In this document: positions 60,198 to 64,000 of the stretch, one piece after another
Layout: every line of letters starts with the position of its first letter
Position numbering within the stretch: the stretch's first letter is position 1
Assembly: GCA_963712275.1 (NCBI GenBank)
Contig: CAVQHD010000001.1
Location: 256,001-320,000 of the forward strand
From: an uncultured Rhabdochlamydiaceae bacterium
GTDB taxonomy: Bacteria; Chlamydiota; Chlamydiia; Chlamydiales; Rhabdochlamydiaceae
Reading direction: 5' to 3'
Length of the DNA: 64,000 nt
Notes under the pieces: model-generated
Database searches by the model: none
The model's input: only the letters and a program-made list of their open reading frames with translations
Told to the model about the DNA's origin: nothing
Translations under genes and position numbers: made by a program

Positions 60198-61352
60198 ATG
60201 GCTGATTACTATAATACATTAGGTCTTTCACGTTCAGCAACCGCAGACGAAATCAAAAAAGCGTATCGAAAAAACGCTCTAAAGTATCATCCTGATAAAA
60301 ATCCTGGCGATGCGACTGCCGAACAGAAGTTTAAAGAAATTTCTGAAGCCTATGAAGTTTTAAGCGACGACAAAAAACGGCAGATCTACGATCAATACGG
60401 TCCTGACGCACTTCGTGCTGGCATGGGAGGCGGTCCAGGAGGAGGCTCTGCCGGTGGCTTTTCTTCGATGGAAGAAGCTCTTCGCACATTTATGGGAGCA
60501 TTTGGAGGAGGTGGAGGCGATTCTATCTTCGAATCGATGTTTGGATTTGAATCTGGAGGGGACGCCGGAGCCCAGCAAGGGGCTAGCAAGAAAATGAACC
60601 TCACCATTCCCTTTGAAGAAGCCGTCTCCGGAACGGAAAAGGAAGCCGCTATCACTAACTATATAACTTGTGAAACATGCGACGGATTAGGCGCAGCCTC
60701 TCCCTCCGCTGTTAAAGTCTGCGGCCGATGCCATGGCGCCGGTGTGATTCATCAAAACCGCGGCTTTTTTAGCATGTCAACAACCTGCCCTTCCTGTCAC
60801 GGACACTGCAAAACTATCACAGACCCGTGCAAAAACTGCCATGGAGAAGGGCGTGTTAAAAAGAAACAGACAATCAAAATTAAAGTGCCCGCAGGCATCG
60901 ACAACGGCATGCGTCTTCGCCTAGCCGGACATGGAGATGCAGGCTCTGCAGGAGGCCCTCCAGGAGACCTCTATGTTTATGTGAACGTACAGCCTCATCC
61001 TGTCTTTCAGCGCAATGGGGATGATATCATCGTCGAGCTCCCCCTCTCTTTTACAGAGGCAGCTCTTGGCGCAAAAAAAGAGATTCCCACTCCTCATGGC
61101 GGATCTGTGCAGCTTGAGATTCCCGAAGGAACTCAGCCTGACAAAGTGCTTCGCTTAAGGGGAAAAGGGATCCGCAATGTCCAAGGACAAGGGCAAGGCG
61201 ACCTTCTCGTGAAAATCGACCTCGAAACGCCCGTCCGCCTCTCCGATAAGCAAAAGCAGCTCCTAAAGTCGTTTGCTGAACTTGAAACCGATGTCAACTC
61301 CCCCCGCAAAAAGAACTTCTTTGACAAAGTGAAATCATTCTTTAAAAACTAA
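60198..61352 (+). CDS. dnaJ: Chaperone DnaJ
   Basis: J-domain HPD, G/F-rich region, four CxxCxGxG-type motifs. Confidence 0.98.
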   Translation: MADYYNTLGLSRSATADEIKKAYRKNALKYHPDKNPGDATAEQKFKEISEAYEVLSDDKKRQIYDQYGPDALRAGMGGGPGGGSAGGFSSMEEALRTFMGAFGGGGGDSIFESMFGFESGGDAGAQQGASKKMNLTIPFEEAVSGTEKEAAITNYITCETCDGLGAASPSAVKVCGRCHGAGVIHQNRGFFSMSTTCPSCHGHCKTITDPCKNCHGEGRVKKKQTIKIKVPAGIDNGMRLRLAGHGDAGSAGGPPGDLYVYVNVQPHPVFQRNGDDIIVELPLSFTEAALGAKKEIPTPHGGSVQLEIPEGTQPDKVLRLRGKGIRNVQGQGQGDLLVKIDLETPVRLSDKQKQLLKSFAELETDVNSPRKKNFFDKVKSFFKN

Positions 61353-61365
61353 TGGAACCAAAGAC

Positions 61366-62559
61366 TCAGGTCCTTATCGTGTCAGGCCCAACATAAGGTG
61401 TTCCCTTGTGGTCTTGCGAATAGTGGTAAGACGTTAAAAAATCGTGGTCTGGAGGTAAAATCCTTTTTAATATCTCAAGAGGTTTATTATACAACTCTCG
61501 TAACTGATACCAGTTGGTCTTTGGATCATAAAAGCGTTTGCTATGTTTGGAGCCGTTAAAACTTGAAGAGGGGTGCAATAAAAATACATGATCTATTATA
61601 CCCTGAATTATTTTGCTCGAAGAACTTAGGGGAGAAACTTTTGAGTCCGATGGAGGTCTAGCAGTATCCCTCATGAAAACTTCTTTTTTCTCAACACGAG
61701 CTTCCTGGCGAATCGCATGATAAGCTGTTGAAAGATTAGTCAATATTAGCATAACATGACACCCGTTAGAATCGCGCAATAACTCTTCAACTTCCTTTGC
61801 ATTGAGCTTATATAGTTGAATGAGCTTCTCCAGCTGCGTTAAGATATCAGAAGCGTGTGTTGACAAGCCTTGTAAGATTGGGATAGCAACCTCGACAAAC
61901 TTGTCATTATATCTATGTCTAAATCTAAGTTTATTATCCTCAATGATTTTTTCCATCAATTTCTTAAAAAGAGATGCATTATCTGAGAGACTAAAACCAT
62001 TCGAGAACTTTTTCAATTCAAGTTTAGTTTTCTCAATAGGCGCAGTTAATCTGGGAGTAGTGGTAGAAGAAGTAGTTCCTTCTGTTCTCTTCTCCTGAGC
62101 TTCAGGTTGTTTTATTGGAACTTGTCCCTGGCTTCCAGAAGAACTTTCAGCATTGTCTCCAGGCCGAGGCTCTTTAACTTGATCCTTCTTCGCATCCATA
62201 CTATGTATGGGAGTAGTGGTAGAAGAGGTGGTTTCTTCTTTTTTCCCTTCCTGAGCTTCAGGTTGTTTTGTTGGAATTGGTTCCTGGCTTCCAGAAGAAC
62301 TTTCAGCATTGTCTCCAGGCCGAGGCTCTTTAACTTGACCCTCCTCCAGGCTCGCATAAGTTTTGTTAGGGGCTTTGCCATTTTTGTCATTACGCCCTTC
62401 AAAAAACCGTGTAGCCACATAGTAAAATACCCCTCCGACAACCAAGAGAATGATAGGAATAGCAAGACAGTTCACCCTGGTCAACAGGGGGAAGCTACCG
62501 TAAAAGGCATTGGTTGCAATAGGCTGGGCAGAAGAATAAAGGCCAATGGGTCTTACCAT
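61366..62559 (-). CDS. Hypothetical membrane-anchored protein with a duplicated low-complexity repeat
   Basis: TM segment near the N-terminus; QVKEPRPGDNAESSSGSQ...TTSSTTTP twice at a 156-bp period. Confidence 0.7.
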   Translation of the reverse strand: MVRPIGLYSSAQPIATNAFYGSFPLLTRVNCLAIPIILLVVGGVFYYVATRFFEGRNDKNGKAPNKTYASLEEGQVKEPRPGDNAESSSGSQEPIPTKQPEAQEGKKEETTSSTTTPIHSMDAKKDQVKEPRPGDNAESSSGSQGQVPIKQPEAQEKRTEGTTSSTTTPRLTAPIEKTKLELKKFSNGFSLSDNASLFKKLMEKIIEDNKLRFRHRYNDKFVEVAIPILQGLSTHASDILTQLEKLIQLYKLNAKEVEELLRDSNGCHVMLILTNLSTAYHAIRQEARVEKKEVFMRDTARPPSDSKVSPLSSSSKIIQGIIDHVFLLHPSSSFNGSKHSKRFYDPKTNWYQLRELYNKPLEILKRILPPDHDFLTSYHYSQDHKGTPYVGPDTIRT

Positions 62560-62738
62560 GTTTCCCTATGTTTGAAAGTCATTGAAGAGTGCGAAAAATG
62601 CAAAAGATTTAATATCTGCCTTTAAGCTCTCTAATCCTCAATTAGTTAAAGAGAAGCCACTTTAACATAAAAACATGTTTTTTTACAACAAATTGTCAAC
62701 ATTTTACAGGAGCAGATCCCATGAACACGCGCTCTTTC

Positions 62739-62892
62739 GGCCTCCTCACAGAATCAAGAAAAATCAATTCCATGAGGAGCTTTAACTGCATGAGACCTCC
62801 TCATGGAATTGATTTTTCTTGATTCTGTGAGGAGGTCTCATGCAGTTAAAGCTCCTCATGGAATTGATTTTTCTTGATTCTGTGAGGAGGCC
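62739..62892. repeat. Compound palindrome A-L-A'-L'-A'
   Basis: 38-bp unit at 62742-62779, its reverse complement at 62797-62834 and 62852-62889, with mutually inverted 17-bp linkers. Confidence 0.88.
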
Positions 62893-62926
62893 TATGTGAT
62901 GATGGGTGATAAGAATGAGGAAATGC

Positions 62927-64000
62927 ATGACGGACGAAACGCCATTTTATGGAAGAAAAGAAGAGCTGGATCGGCTTGGCGGGTTGCTAAAGAAAAAGAC
63001 CTCAAGTCTGGTCGTCATCAAAGGAAGGTGGCGGATTGGAAAAAGCCGGCTTATTCTGGAATTCAGCAAGGGGTTGAAGGCCTTGGTTTTTACCGGCCTT
63101 CCTCCAACCAAAAGTACCACAGCACAAACACAGCGGGACTACTTTGTTCAGCAAATGGAGCGTCTGCTAGGTGTTAGGGGACTAAAGGCAGACGACTGGG
63201 GAGACATCTTTTGGCATCTGTCCCAAGAGACCCAATCTAAGCAAATTTTAGTCGTTTTAGACGAAATTAACTGGATGGGCTCTTTCGACGAGACCTTCCT
63301 TGGCAAGTTAAAATCAGCATGGGATTTGGAGTTTAAAAAAAATCCTAGGCTTTTGATGATTCTCAGCGGATCAATGTCCAGCTGGATAGATGAAAACATC
63401 CTAAGCAGCACAGGATTTCTAGGACGTATTTCGCTTGAACTGACACTTGATGAGCTTCCACTTCCTATCTGTAATCTGTTTTGGAGAAAAAAAGCGCCTT
63501 CCATTTCCTCTTATGATAAATTTAAGATTCTCTCTGTCACAGGCGGGGTTCCTCGGTATCTGGAAGAAATCGATCCAGACCTGCCAGCAGAAGATAATAT
63601 CTACAACTTGGCCTTTCGCAAGGGGGGGTTGCTCGTTGAAGAATTTGATCGAATTTTTTCCGACCTATTTTCCACACGGTTTCTGCGCTACAAACAGATT
63701 GTACAGCGACTCGTGGAAGGAAGCGCGACTCTCGAGCAGATTTGCCTGGCTATCAAACTGGAAAAAGGGGGAACAATCAGCGACTATCTTGAGGACCTCG
63801 TAGAGACGGGTTATATCTCTCGGGATCGTACGTGGAATATAAAAAGCGGTCTAGAATCTAATTTATGTCAATTTCGCCTTAGAGACAACTATCTCCGTTT
63901 TTATCTTAAATACATTGAGCCCAGACGTACTCAGATTGAAAAGAATCGTATCGCGATTCCTCCGGCATGGACAACGGTGATGGGCATTCAATTTGAAAAT
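62927..64000 (+). CDS. Archaeal-type AAA ATPase (ATPase_2/DUF234-like), truncated at window end
   Basis: Not in the ORF track. MTDETPFYGRKEEL, Walker A GRWRIGKS, VLDEINWM, LSGSMSSWI, TGGVPRYL, DNYLRFY, GIQFEN. Confidence 0.9.
   Translation, partial: MTDETPFYGRKEELDRLGGLLKKKTSSLVVIKGRWRIGKSRLILEFSKGLKALVFTGLPPTKSTTAQTQRDYFVQQMERLLGVRGLKADDWGDIFWHLSQETQSKQILVVLDEINWMGSFDETFLGKLKSAWDLEFKKNPRLLMILSGSMSSWIDENILSSTGFLGRISLELTLDELPLPICNLFWRKKAPSISSYDKFKILSVTGGVPRYLEEIDPDLPAEDNIYNLAFRKGGLLVEEFDRIFSDLFSTRFLRYKQIVQRLVEGSATLEQICLAIKLEKGGTISDYLEDLVETGYISRDRTWNIKSGLESNLCQFRLRDNYLRFYLKYIEPRRTQIEKNRIAIPPAWTTVMGIQFEN

Noticed and set aside
1..64000. CRISPR array or cas genes
   Set aside because: No regularly spaced direct repeats with unique spacers; the repeats are inverted or coding.

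Overview
Window from an environmental Chlamydiota chromosome, judged from gene content and order. Conserved blocks: SWIM-SNF2 / tRNA-Gly / tig / clpP / clpX; the chlamydial type III secretion cluster scc4-cdsDEFG-cdsNOPQ-pkn5-cdsC; der; a second SWIM-SNF2; dapF-clpP-glyA; cdsZ-rnpB; two MOMP-like porins; xerC; ABC-F; rnz; rhomboid; lon; tsaB; an amino-acid ABC transporter; rpsU-dnaJ; and an AAA ATPase running off the right end. Accessory content: two apparently identical ISAs1 copies, each splitting a gene; candidate effectors (ankyrin-like, lipase, RING-like, pentapeptide, beta-propeller, GTPase-like); HicAB; and a tandem duplication holding two different cargo blocks between the same flanks. 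The most striking unexplained structure is about a dozen intergenic palindromic elements, mostly 150-250 bp, in several families. They show target-site duplications, nesting, termini swapped between cores, compensatory base changes with conserved bulges, a collapsed 11-bp footprint, and in one case an apparent four-helix-bundle gene remnant. A His-rich leader peptide upstream of the ABC transporter and a CIRCE-like site before dnaJ are also visible. All calls come from reading the sequence; no searches were run.
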